Of a stretch of 64,000 nt of DNA, positions 1-9,535 are shown piece by piece. Location: contig JANRLR010000003.1 in NCBI GenBank assembly GCA_033762415.1, forward strand, positions 39,009-103,008, read 5' to 3'. The DNA comes from Methylophilus sp. Its GTDB lineage: Bacteria > Pseudomonadota > Gammaproteobacteria > Burkholderiales > Methylophilaceae. Position 1 is the first letter of the stretch; each line of letters opens with the position of its first letter. The notes under the pieces are model-generated. The model was not told the origin of the DNA and ran no database searches. It saw only the letters and a program-made list of their open reading frames with translations. A program made the position numbers and the translations under genes.

Positions 1-705
1 AGCAGGTAGTTGTGGTAGCTTTTCTGCCGCTTGCGCTAATACTGAAATATCACCATTCAACTCTGTGAGATCAAGCAATGCTTGTTGTGTTTGACTATCT
101 AAACCTTGTACTAAGGCTTTGACGCTAGCTTTGTCTTTGCTTTGTAAAGCTGCATATAAAGCTTGCTCTAGATTACTATTGACCTGTCCAGCTTGAATCA
201 GGCTTTCAAAAATATCAACGTGACTAAAGTCAATATGTAATTCTTTTAGTCCTAATAACTGCAACGCTTTGATCATAAGGCATTGAATTTCAATATCACT
301 TTCAATTCCAGCATGACCAAACAACTCCGCACCAAGTTGCATCGGTTCACGTGTACGCGCTAACCCATCTGGCTTGGTTCGCAGTACGGTGCCTGCATAG
401 CAAAGTCTAGAGATCCCTTGATGATTCAGCATATGCGCATCAATGCGCGCCGCCTGTGGTGTGGTATCGGCACGCACACCCATCAAACGACCTGTGAGTT
501 GATCTACCACTTTAAATGTAGCAAGATCTAAATCATGACCAGTACCAGTCATGAGTGACTCTGTGTATTCCAACATAGGTGGAATCACGTATTGATAACC
601 ATGCACTTGGAACAAATCCAGTAATTGTCGACGCAATGACTCAATTCGCACCGCTTCGGCAGGCAGTACATCTTCTATATATTCGGGAAGTAACCAGTTT
701 CGCAT
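1..705 (-). CDS. hisZ: ATP phosphoribosyltransferase regulatory subunit (runs off the left edge)
   Basis: Manual translation from ATG at 705 gives MRNWLLPEYIEDVLPAEAVRIESLRRQLLDLF...RADTTPQAARIDAH, a HisZ-type N-terminus. It follows hflKC-DUF2065 as usual. Confidence 0.9.
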   Translation of the reverse strand, partial: MRNWLLPEYIEDVLPAEAVRIESLRRQLLDLFQVHGYQYVIPPMLEYTESLMTGTGHDLDLATFKVVDQLTGRLMGVRADTTPQAARIDAHMLNHQGISRLCYAGTVLRTKPDGLARTREPMQLGAELFGHAGIESDIEIQCLMIKALQLLGLKELHIDFSHVDIFESLIQAGQVNSNLEQALYAALQSKDKASVKALVQGLDSQTQQALLDLTELNGDISVLAQAAEKLPQLPA

Positions 706-743
706 CGCGACATTATACCCGTAAACCGTTAAAACAGTTTACG

Positions 744-929
744 TTAGCGCCCTAAGAACATCAGCAAAAAACCACCTAAAATTGAAATTAGGCCAATAAA
801 CCTAAGCTGTCCGTCTTTTAAAGAAATCAAACGCTTAAAGTTTTCACGCCAGGCTTGTGGCATCAGCAAAGGTAAGAGACCTTCGATCACTAGCATCAGC
901 CCCAATGCCATTAAAAATGTGGTTTTCAA
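744..929 (-). CDS. DUF2065 (YjeT-like) small membrane protein
   Basis: 61 aa with ALGLMLVIEGLLP...LRFIGL; conserved position after hflC. Confidence 0.85.
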   Translation of the reverse strand: MKTTFLMALGLMLVIEGLLPLLMPQAWRENFKRLISLKDGQLRFIGLISILGGFLLMFLGR

Positions 930-941
930 GTAACAACCTTA

Positions 942-1814
942 TTATTTTGCAGCATTACCACGCATGTATTTAAAGAAATCTGAACTAGGGTCTAGTACTA
1001 AGACATCGCTTTTGCTTTTGAAGCTATTTTTATACGCTTCTGTACTACGGTAAAATGCATAAAATTCAGGATTTTTTCCATAGGCATTCGCATAAATCTC
1101 TGCAGCCTTGGCATCGCCATCACCCTTAAGCTTTTGCGCTTCGCGATAAGCTTCTGCAATGATGACTTCACGCTGCTTATCAGCGTCTGCGCGGATACGT
1201 TCGGAGGCGGCGCCACCTTCTGATCGCAATTGATTCGCAATACGTTTACGTTCTGCAATCATGCGGTCATACACGGATTTACTAATTTCTTCTGAATAAT
1301 CAACACGTTTCAAACGTACATCTACCACTTGAATACCAATTTGACGCGCCTCTTTATCTGCACGCGTACGTAAATTATCCATAATGGCACTACGTTCTCC
1401 CGCGATCACATCATGCACGGTACGCTTACCAAATTCTTCACGAAAACCAGCATTGACAACCTTAGAAAGCCTATCTTCCGCAGCAGCTTCGCCGCCATCT
1501 CGAATAGAAACGTAATAAGTTTTAGGATCAATAATGCGCCACTTCACAAACGAATCCACCATCATATACTTGTTTTCACTTGTATTAAATTTGGCAGGCG
1601 CTTCCCAATCCAGCGTTACGATTCTTTTTTCAAGATGTTTAACGTTCTCGACTAACGGAATTTTAAAGTAAATGCCTGGTTCTTTTTTAACAGAAACAAT
1701 TTCCCCCAGCCTAAACACCAGTGCAAACTCACGTTGATCCACCGTGAATGCAGACATCCACAAGATAACAAGAACTGCAACCAACCCAACTAATAATGTT
1801 CCAATATTCTTCAT
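942..1814 (-). CDS. hflC: FtsH protease modulator HflC
   Basis: SPFH domain, N-terminal TM, C-terminal NPEFYAFYRS; in hflX-hflK-hflC order. Confidence 0.95.
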   Translation of the reverse strand: MKNIGTLLVGLVAVLVILWMSAFTVDQREFALVFRLGEIVSVKKEPGIYFKIPLVENVKHLEKRIVTLDWEAPAKFNTSENKYMMVDSFVKWRIIDPKTYYVSIRDGGEAAAEDRLSKVVNAGFREEFGKRTVHDVIAGERSAIMDNLRTRADKEARQIGIQVVDVRLKRVDYSEEISKSVYDRMIAERKRIANQLRSEGGAASERIRADADKQREVIIAEAYREAQKLKGDGDAKAAEIYANAYGKNPEFYAFYRSTEAYKNSFKSKSDVLVLDPSSDFFKYMRGNAAK

Positions 1815-1832
1815 TTGATTTATTTATCCTAT

Positions 1833-3017
1833 TTAGCGTGTTTCGCGATCTCGGCTGCGAAATGCATCACGCGAGCGATCTGACTCTTCTGCACTCGAAT
1901 CTGAAGAAGCTTCGTTGTTAGGTGCAACTGTCGGGGTAGACTCTTTCGCTGAAGCGGCTCCTCCAGTCGTTGCCATCAACTTATCTAAAGGCAAATAAAG
2001 TAAATTATTACCCGCCTTTTGATCAATGAGTACTTTACTGGTGCTAGATAAAATTTGCTCCTGTGCATCGATGTATAAACGCTGACGCGTCACTTGTGGT
2101 GCCTTATTGTATTGCGTAAGAATTTGTTCAAAGCGACTCGCGTTACCTTTGGCCTCATTTTCGACACGCAACTGATAGCCAGCAGCTTCAGCAGCCAATC
2201 TTGAAGCTGTACCCTTGGCACTTGGAATCACTTGATTCGCATATGCCTGACCTTCATTAATTTGTCGCTGATAATCCTGATTAGCACGGTTAACATCTTC
2301 AAATGCTTCTTGCACTTGTTCTGGCGGTTGTGCGCTTTGTAAAGAAACGCTTGTGATTTTAACGCCAGTACCATAACTGTCTAAAATAACCTGCATACGC
2401 TCAGACGTATCTGCCAAGCCTTTTTGTAGCAAGTCATCTAGCTTGCTCTTACCTACAACTTCGCGAATCGCCGTCTCAGCTGCTGACATCACTGCTTTGT
2501 CAGTATCACGATTATTGAATAGATAATCTTTTGCATTCTTAAGTTTGTACTGCACTGCAAATTGCAACTCAATAATATTTTCGTCCTCTGTCAGCATCAG
2601 CGCTTCTTTAGGCTGTTTAGTTTTTGAGCCTGTCCCTTCGCCATCACTACGGTAACCAACTTCTAAACGACGCACTTGCTCCATATTCACAACTTCTACA
2701 GACTCAATAGGATATGGCAGATGCCAGTTAGCACCTCTCTCTGTGGTTTCTACAAATTTACCAAAACGCTGCACGACACCCACAGAACCTTCTTGCACAA
2801 TATAAAAACCTGTCGCAAACCAAATTAATGCCGCTATCCCCAATAGAAAAGCTACTGGGAGTTCGAAGTTGGTGGGAGAACCACCTCTATCTTGGTTTGA
2901 CCAACCAAAGAAACCGTTGATTTTTTTACTTAAATCACGAAACACTTCATCCAAATCAGGAGGACCTTCGTTATTTCGTTGTCCGAATCCTGGAAACTTA
3001 ATCATGTAATACTCCAA
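1833..3017 (-). CDS. hflK: FtsH protease modulator HflK (start may be 3005)
   Basis: GPPDLDE, LMLTEDENI, PPEQVQEAFEDV motifs. Confidence 0.95.
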   Translation of the reverse strand: MEYYMIKFPGFGQRNNEGPPDLDEVFRDLSKKINGFFGWSNQDRGGSPTNFELPVAFLLGIAALIWFATGFYIVQEGSVGVVQRFGKFVETTERGANWHLPYPIESVEVVNMEQVRRLEVGYRSDGEGTGSKTKQPKEALMLTEDENIIELQFAVQYKLKNAKDYLFNNRDTDKAVMSAAETAIREVVGKSKLDDLLQKGLADTSERMQVILDSYGTGVKITSVSLQSAQPPEQVQEAFEDVNRANQDYQRQINEGQAYANQVIPSAKGTASRLAAEAAGYQLRVENEAKGNASRFEQILTQYNKAPQVTRQRLYIDAQEQILSSTSKVLIDQKAGNNLLYLPLDKLMATTGGAASAKESTPTVAPNNEASSDSSAEESDRSRDAFRSRDRETR

Positions 3018-3023
3018 ATAATA

Positions 3024-4151
3024 TTAAGCAAAGGCACTTTCTTCAGTACTTAATTGTTTTAATAGCTGCTGATGTTCGATCAGTGCTTGTCGTAAATCAT
3101 CAAGACCAGCACCATCTATTGCGGAAACTCTTACTTTGCAAATGTTACCATATTCATCCCGCTCAATCCCAGTCGGCATCCCTACTTTATCAATCTGATT
3201 TAACACTACAATTTGCGGCACTTCAGAAGCGCCTATCTCGTTTAATACCACATTGACTTGCTCAATTTGAGCATCTCTATTGGTACTTGAGACATCGACA
3301 ATGTGTAACAACAAATCAGCTTGTGCAGCCTCTTCCAACGTTGCACCAAAAGCTTCAATCAAAGTCGTGGGCAAGTGCTTGATAAATCCAACTGTATCCG
3401 ATAACACAATAGGGTTAGCTTCTGGCAAATGCATTTTTCTGGAAGTAGTATCTAGCGTAGCAAAAAGCTGATCCGCAGCATACACGCCTGAATGTGTTAA
3501 TCGATTAAATAATGTCGATTTACCAGCGTTGGTATAACCTACCAATGAAACCATCATCAAGTTAGAACGCTTACGCGCCCTGCGTTGCATTCCGCGCTGC
3601 TGTTTTAATTTAGTCAACTTTTCACGCAATTGTTTGACACGCACACGTAACATACGACGGTCAAGTTCCAATTGGGTTTCACCAGGCCCGCCGCGCACAC
3701 CGATACCACCTTTTTGGCGCTCCAAGTGCGTCCATCCTCGTACAAGCCGTGTCGACAAATGCTCTAATTGTGCTAGCTCAACTTGCAACTTGCCTTCATG
3801 CGTTTGCGCACGTTGCGCAAAGATATCTAAGATAAGTCCAGTTCTATCCACAACTCGCGCTTCTAGAAATCGTTCCAAGTTTCGCTGTTGTGATGGACTT
3901 AAGTCATGATTAAAAGCAACCACTTTAGACTCGCTACTTTCCAACATAGCCTTAAGCTCTTCTGCCTTGCCAGAGCCTATAAACAACTTAGCATCTGGAG
4001 AGTGTCGTTTGCCTTCAACCGTGGCGCGAATTTGCATACCTGCTGTGATGACAAGATGACGCAGCTCTTGCAAGCTTTCCGCATAATCCGACTCACCGAA
4101 GTCTACGCTGACAAGTACTACGGCATCACCGCCGACAGGTCTATCAAACAT
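3024..4151 (-). CDS. hflX: GTPase HflX
   Basis: GPGETQLELDRR, GYTNAGKS, FATLD, DTVGF motifs. Confidence 0.97.
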   Translation of the reverse strand: MFDRPVGGDAVVLVSVDFGESDYAESLQELRHLVITAGMQIRATVEGKRHSPDAKLFIGSGKAEELKAMLESSESKVVAFNHDLSPSQQRNLERFLEARVVDRTGLILDIFAQRAQTHEGKLQVELAQLEHLSTRLVRGWTHLERQKGGIGVRGGPGETQLELDRRMLRVRVKQLREKLTKLKQQRGMQRRARKRSNLMMVSLVGYTNAGKSTLFNRLTHSGVYAADQLFATLDTTSRKMHLPEANPIVLSDTVGFIKHLPTTLIEAFGATLEEAAQADLLLHIVDVSSTNRDAQIEQVNVVLNEIGASEVPQIVVLNQIDKVGMPTGIERDEYGNICKVRVSAIDGAGLDDLRQALIEHQQLLKQLSTEESAFA

Positions 4152-4157
4152 TAAACA

Positions 4158-4397
4158 TTATTCTTCTGAATGCTCTGGCATTCCCATCGTTACAGCGCGT
4201 GCTGGCACAATAGTTGAGATTGCATGTTTATAGACCATTTGTGTGACTGTGTTTTTCAACAAAATCACATATTGATCAAAAGAATCTACTTGTCCTTGCA
4301 ATTTAATACCGTTGACAAGGTAAATTGACACTTGTACATGTTCCTTTCTTAAAGCATTTAAGAAAGGGTCCTGTAACATTTGTCCTTTGTTATTCAT
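4158..4397 (-). CDS. hfq: RNA chaperone Hfq
   Basis: [12 protein letters not shown]...[11 protein letters not shown]. Confidence 0.98.
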   Translation of the reverse strand: MNNKGQMLQDPFLNALRKEHVQVSIYLVNGIKLQGQVDSFDQYVILLKNTVTQMVYKHAISTIVPARAVTMGMPEHSEE

Positions 4398-4527
4398 TAT
4401 TATGCTCCTTTGTAATTCTAATAATGCTGGAGTAGCGTCTCATTAGTTTAGATCAAAAAATATCTTTAACTCACAGACTATGATTGTACTATTTTGTTCC
4501 GATTTCAATACCCTAGATTAGGTATTT

Positions 4528-5922
4528 TTAATTTAAATAAGCATTTATCCTAGAAATTGTTAATTCTTTCCCTAAAATCGCCATGACTTGATCAATACTT
4601 GGTGATTGTGCAATCCCTGTCAACATCACACGTAGTGGCATTGCCAGTTTGGGGAATTTCAACTGATGCTCTGTCACCATTTGATTCATCAATGCATGAA
4701 TATGTTCTGCTGACCATTCCACTTGTTCCAACTGCGTTTTTAGCGTAATTAGCACTGGCTTAATGTCACCTGTGATGTGTTTTTCCACATCACTTTGATT
4801 TGCAACTGGTGTTTGATAAAAATAGGCAATCTCCCTCGCCAACTGGTTCAGATTATTAGCCCGTTCTCGATAGAGCGCCAGTACTGCTGACAAATCTGGC
4901 TGATCTTGCACCATCACGCCAATACGCACTAAACGCCGCACAATTTCTTTTGCCAAGGCCTCCAGCGGCATTTCTTTGATGTAATGTGCATTCAACCAAT
5001 TTAATTTTTCAGTATTAAATTGCGCCGCGGAAGGGGTAATGTGATTTAAATCAAACCACTCACAAAACTGCTGCAGGCTAAATACTTCATCATCTCCATG
5101 TGACCAGCCAAGTCGCGCCAAATAATTGAGTACTGCCGCTGGAAGATAACCTTCCTCATCATACTGCATGACACTGACTGCACCATGTCTTTTTGACAGT
5201 TTCTGACCATCATCGCCTAATATCATAGAAAGATGTGCGTACTGAGGCACAGTCGCGCCAAGTGCCTTCAGCATATTAATCTGGCGCGGTGTATTATTCA
5301 CATGGTCGTCACCGCGAATCACTTGTGTGATACCCATTTCCCAATCATCCACCACCACACAAAAGTTGTAGGTAGGTGTACCATCGGCACGTGCGATAAT
5401 CAAATCATCCAACTCTTCATTGGCAATTTCAATACGTCCTTTAACTAAGTCGTCCCAAGCCACCACACCAGTCAGAGGATTTTTAAATCGTACGACAGGC
5501 GGAACACCTTGAGGAGGTGTTGGCAATACTTTCCCCTCCTCTGGCCGCCAGCGTCCATCGTAGCGTGGCTTTAACCCTTGTTGCATTTGCTGCTCGCGCA
5601 ATGCGTCCAGCTCTTCTTTGCTGCAATAACAATAATAAGCACTTCCATCATTCAACATTTTTTGAATGATTTCTCTATATTTATCCATGCGCTGCATTTG
5701 ATAGAAAGGACCTTCATCATAGGTTAAACCTAACCATTGCATTCCATCTAAAATAGCTTGCACTGCCTCAGGTGTAGAGCGTGCAACATCGGTATCTTCT
5801 ATACGTAAAATGAATTGGCCTTGATGACGTTTAGCGTAAGCCCATGAAAATAAAGCTGTACGTGCACCACCAATATGAAGAAAACCTGTAGGACTAGGAG
5901 CGAATCGAGTACGAACTTGCAT
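4528..5922 (-). CDS. gltX: Glutamate--tRNA ligase
   Basis: RFAPSPTGFLHIGG (HIGH) and KLSKR (KMSKS) motifs. Confidence 0.97.
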   Translation of the reverse strand: MQVRTRFAPSPTGFLHIGGARTALFSWAYAKRHQGQFILRIEDTDVARSTPEAVQAILDGMQWLGLTYDEGPFYQMQRMDKYREIIQKMLNDGSAYYCYCSKEELDALREQQMQQGLKPRYDGRWRPEEGKVLPTPPQGVPPVVRFKNPLTGVVAWDDLVKGRIEIANEELDDLIIARADGTPTYNFCVVVDDWEMGITQVIRGDDHVNNTPRQINMLKALGATVPQYAHLSMILGDDGQKLSKRHGAVSVMQYDEEGYLPAAVLNYLARLGWSHGDDEVFSLQQFCEWFDLNHITPSAAQFNTEKLNWLNAHYIKEMPLEALAKEIVRRLVRIGVMVQDQPDLSAVLALYRERANNLNQLAREIAYFYQTPVANQSDVEKHITGDIKPVLITLKTQLEQVEWSAEHIHALMNQMVTEHQLKFPKLAMPLRVMLTGIAQSPSIDQVMAILGKELTISRINAYLN

Positions 5923-6009
5923 ATAAACTCTCTTATTGGAAGCGCCATTTTACCATGTTGCAATCCATATTTTTTAAACTTCTATCCAAAAAAACAGGCT
6001 TTATCTCGC

Positions 6010-6023
6010 ACCCATTTGGGCTA
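6010..6023 (+). promoter_or_regulatory. Candidate transcription-factor site ACCCATTTGGGCTA, shared with the two PEP-CTERM promoters
   Basis: Near-identical 14-mers at 61308-61321 and 62022-62035; all three are intergenic and in the same orientation to the downstream gene. Confidence 0.45.
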
Positions 6024-6114
6024 ATGACCCTATATTTCGCTTGCTTAACCAAATAAAGAGAATTATATTCAGCCAAATCAATAATTTACAAACAATGCGC
6101 TTGACAAAAATAAA

Positions 6115-7755
6115 GTGAAAAACTTACTAACTACATTTTTGAAAAAAGACACCTCGGGGTATCATCACGCTAAGCTAAGTTGGCTTAGCGAGCTCAATCA
6201 GCTTGATGAAATCGCGAGCATAAAGCTATCGATTAGTCACATCACTACGATCCCCAACGACCCCAAGCTCACATTGCCAGAAAAAATCAATGTACTAGTC
6301 GCCATTGAAGATGCAAATGAAGCCTCGGTGCACATGCAAACCACGCAATTTGTAAAAGCAGATTACTTAAGTGCACAAGTTGCCGACAATATTATCAATA
6401 ATCATTATGCTTATCACAGAATATTATTTCTCGCATACTCCAAGCTGATTGGGATTAGTTACGGCCGCCCTTCCGACCAACAACCCAGCAAACATCTCAA
6501 GCTGATTATGGTCACTAGAGCCTTGATTGCCGCAGCCAATATGCTGAAATGGCGCTATTTTGAGCACGCTGCCGCACCAGCAAATCTTTGGGAGCAAGTC
6601 AACGCCATTTATCAGCGTGCTGATGAGGATTTGTTATGTAAACAATTAACGCAACCCTTCAAACGCTTACCCAGCACAACCATCACCAGCCTATTTCTGC
6701 AACTGCACATGTTTGGCAGCCTTAACTTTAGCAATTTACTTAAACAGCATTTAGATGTCATTGCCCAGCTCCTGCAAACATGGATGAATGAGGTACGCAT
6801 CAAGAAAAATGTTGAGCCATACCACCTGTTTTATATGGACTTAAATAAAGACCAACCTGCTAATCGCATTAGAAAGAAACGTCCAGAAGGCAACTGTTTA
6901 TTTTGGGATTTAGACGAGATTGAGTATATTATTAATATTTACATTCAATCACTTAGTGATAACAAAATGCCTCAAGGGTTACAACAAATTGATGCTAAAA
7001 ACACCCCTATTATCAAAGAAGCTTTGTGTTTTCTTAAAAACGAATGGTCTAAAGACAACTATAAGAGACAACGCAGAAAAGAGGCACGTCAAAAAACAGA
7101 ACGCATTGTGACTGTCACAGTAGGCATTCACAACATCTGTGAGCTACTCAAGCTATCTAATTTAACCATGCATTCCGCAAAAAGCATGTTAGACGGCACA
7201 CTCGATGACCGCCGTTTGGCTACAAGCGTAGTCATGCGTGGAGAGATTAACACGCTTACGATAGGCAAAGAAAAATGGACCGTTTTAGATGAAAGCAGTT
7301 CTGGCTTAGGCTCATTAATTTCTCAACGTAATGCGCCCAATATCAAGCCAAATAAGCTAGTGGCTATACTCAGCAAAAATGAAAACACTAAGCCTACATT
7401 AAATCTGGTGAGAAACATTCGGCAGATGAGTGGTGGGCAACTCAAAATTGGTATGGAAATTTATACGGATAATCCCACTTTAATCAGCTTAAAAAAGCTT
7501 GATTTGAAAAAAGAAAAAGATGTGCAACCACATATACCACCTATCATCAGCCATCTGAATTTCTTAGCCATTTACATTCCACAAAATATTTTGTTGGAGC
7601 GTGCTGCAAGTTTTATTTTGCCAAAAGCAGACTTTGTACCTAATGCATTTTATGAAATTCATTTTAAAAACAAGCGTGAAATCATCAAATTGCAAAGTCC
7701 AATCGAAACTGGAGACGACTGGGTTCGAGTAGCTTTCCCAGAAGAGTTGAAATAA
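6115..7755 (+). CDS. Putative c-di-GMP receptor with PilZ-type motifs (FimW-like architecture)
   Basis: 546 aa; RQRRKEAR (RxxxR) followed by WTVLDESSSGLG (D/NxSxxG); helical N-terminal region; GTG start. Confidence 0.55.
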   Translation: MKNLLTTFLKKDTSGYHHAKLSWLSELNQLDEIASIKLSISHITTIPNDPKLTLPEKINVLVAIEDANEASVHMQTTQFVKADYLSAQVADNIINNHYAYHRILFLAYSKLIGISYGRPSDQQPSKHLKLIMVTRALIAAANMLKWRYFEHAAAPANLWEQVNAIYQRADEDLLCKQLTQPFKRLPSTTITSLFLQLHMFGSLNFSNLLKQHLDVIAQLLQTWMNEVRIKKNVEPYHLFYMDLNKDQPANRIRKKRPEGNCLFWDLDEIEYIINIYIQSLSDNKMPQGLQQIDAKNTPIIKEALCFLKNEWSKDNYKRQRRKEARQKTERIVTVTVGIHNICELLKLSNLTMHSAKSMLDGTLDDRRLATSVVMRGEINTLTIGKEKWTVLDESSSGLGSLISQRNAPNIKPNKLVAILSKNENTKPTLNLVRNIRQMSGGQLKIGMEIYTDNPTLISLKKLDLKKEKDVQPHIPPIISHLNFLAIYIPQNILLERAASFILPKADFVPNAFYEIHFKNKREIIKLQSPIETGDDWVRVAFPEELK

Positions 7756-7868
7756 TGTGAGCGATACGACTTACAAATAAATAAGAAGAGAAACCATATT
7801 TTTGATATAAAACCGTTGTAAATCAATTGCCAAGGATATATTATTCTCTAAACGCTTGAGGAGTTACC

Positions 7869-8216
7869 ATGGAGATTCATACGGGTGAAATTTACGGCAA
7901 ACAAACTGCTAGTAAATTTGTCATGTACAGCGTACTTAAGGTGAGCAAGGCCAAAGGCGATAGCAAAGATATAGTCACGCTACAAAATATCGACAATCCG
8001 TTGAGCTTATTTGAAACCACCGCACAAAAACTCAGCACATCGGGTTACATACGTGTGAGCCAGACACCCTATATTAATATCAATGTCACCAGCACAAAAA
8101 AGAAAAAAGTAATTAAAAAGCCCACGCGTTGTCCCTATACATTAGATTTTTTAGAAGCACGTGCCGACTCTGAGCGCCCTGTTACAGTTTTACCAGATTT
8201 ATTTAGTACAATTTAA
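7869..8216 (+). CDS. Hypothetical 115-aa basic protein
   Basis: RBS gaggag before ATG; Lys-rich patch, RCPYTLDF and C-terminal PDLF; no family recognised. Confidence 0.7.
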   Translation: MEIHTGEIYGKQTASKFVMYSVLKVSKAKGDSKDIVTLQNIDNPLSLFETTAQKLSTSGYIRVSQTPYININVTSTKKKKVIKKPTRCPYTLDFLEARADSERPVTVLPDLFSTI

Positions 8217-8229
8217 TTGATTTTTTAAC

Positions 8230-9468
8230 TTAATATTGATCTACGCCCTGACAAACCCAATCCCAGCTCAGTAGTTCTTCTTTATTTTGTTCCGCTAATA
8301 ATTCAGACATAATGGTATTGCCATAATTTTCTGGCGAATGAAACGCTAATAAGCGCCTTGCTTGCGGTGATGTTTGGTAATTTTCTGACCGAGCAATCGC
8401 ACGTGTTATCGCCGCACTAACAGATGCAATTTCAAGCACATGACACAACTCTCCCAGCGCAAATCGTTTAGTCATCATGCCCGTATAGCCACAATCATCT
8501 ACGATAATTGGCTTTTCGTATGACACCGCTTTCAGCAAATTTGCGGACAAATTCATACGTCGATACTGCAATAACACATTCACATCAATCGCAGCATAAC
8601 CTAATTGCACTTCCTCATTACTTAAAAAACGATTCATGACAATAATGCGTTGCGATTTAACCAAATCACCGTATTGACTCTCAATTATCGCGGCATACTC
8701 TGGTGACATAAAGCCTGCCAGCAATAACCGACTCGTTTCGTGAGCTTTAGAATGGACAAACCCCGCCAACACTTCAGGGATAGCCTTGCGATTATCCATC
8801 ATGCCAACAAACCCAAGATATGTTCCTTCGGTTGGCAGATTAAGCCGTTGACGCGCCTCGATCTTATCAATATCGATTTTAGCTACTACAGGATCTGGTA
8901 ACAAAGTAAGCTTCTGCGAAAATGCATCATTTTTTGCAAGCAAACTTTCATAAACAAGTGGATTTACAAATAGAAAGCGATCCCAACTTGCATGACGCCA
9001 TGAAGTTTCATAAATCCATTGCTTGACACGCTCTTTCCAAGATAACGCAACGCCGCTTGGAAACCCATAATGAAAAATACCAACGGCTCTTGTGCCTGAC
9101 TTAAACCCGAAATGTGCTTGCCTTTTAAATAACGCATTCATCATCACATCATAATCTGCGGAAGTACAAATCACAGCATCTGGCCGGACCTCTTTGACTG
9201 CCGCATTCATCACATCAAATAAATGCTTGCGATCCCATGTATTCGGATCTGGATTTGTTTCAGGCAGATTAGGTGAAAAACGTAAGTTGACTTGCTCTGT
9301 TTTGATAACCCCCTGTTCCTGCAACGCCTCGAAATGTCTAGGCGTAATCGTAATCACAACTTCACTCAATCGTCCATTTTCTAAAAAATGCCGAAAAGTG
9401 GGCAACAAAGCTTCAATATAATTACTATGATGCCCTCCTTGAAAAGCTTCAATCAGCTGAATTTTCAT
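8230..9468 (-). CDS. Glycosyltransferase, GT-B fold (GT4-like)
   Basis: GGHHSNY N-terminus; FVGMMDNRKAI and SANLLKAVSYEKPII nucleotide-sugar-binding region. Confidence 0.7.
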   Translation of the reverse strand: MKIQLIEAFQGGHHSNYIEALLPTFRHFLENGRLSEVVITITPRHFEALQEQGVIKTEQVNLRFSPNLPETNPDPNTWDRKHLFDVMNAAVKEVRPDAVICTSADYDVMMNALFKRQAHFGFKSGTRAVGIFHYGFPSGVALSWKERVKQWIYETSWRHASWDRFLFVNPLVYESLLAKNDAFSQKLTLLPDPVVAKIDIDKIEARQRLNLPTEGTYLGFVGMMDNRKAIPEVLAGFVHSKAHETSRLLLAGFMSPEYAAIIESQYGDLVKSQRIIVMNRFLSNEEVQLGYAAIDVNVLLQYRRMNLSANLLKAVSYEKPIIVDDCGYTGMMTKRFALGELCHVLEIASVSAAITRAIARSENYQTSPQARRLLAFHSPENYGNTIMSELLAEQNKEELLSWDWVCQGVDQY

Positions 9469-9535
9469 AATTCGAACTCCATAGATTAATCTTCATAATC
9501 GTTAACCTGTTAACTAATCGTTTACTTGCACCACA

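Noticed and set aside
4398-4527. tRNA genes, which often flank gltX, in this and the other larger spacers (21392-21663, 37285-37754, 42775-43132)
   Set aside because: No cloverleaf, T-loop GTTCGA or CCA-ending pattern was seen
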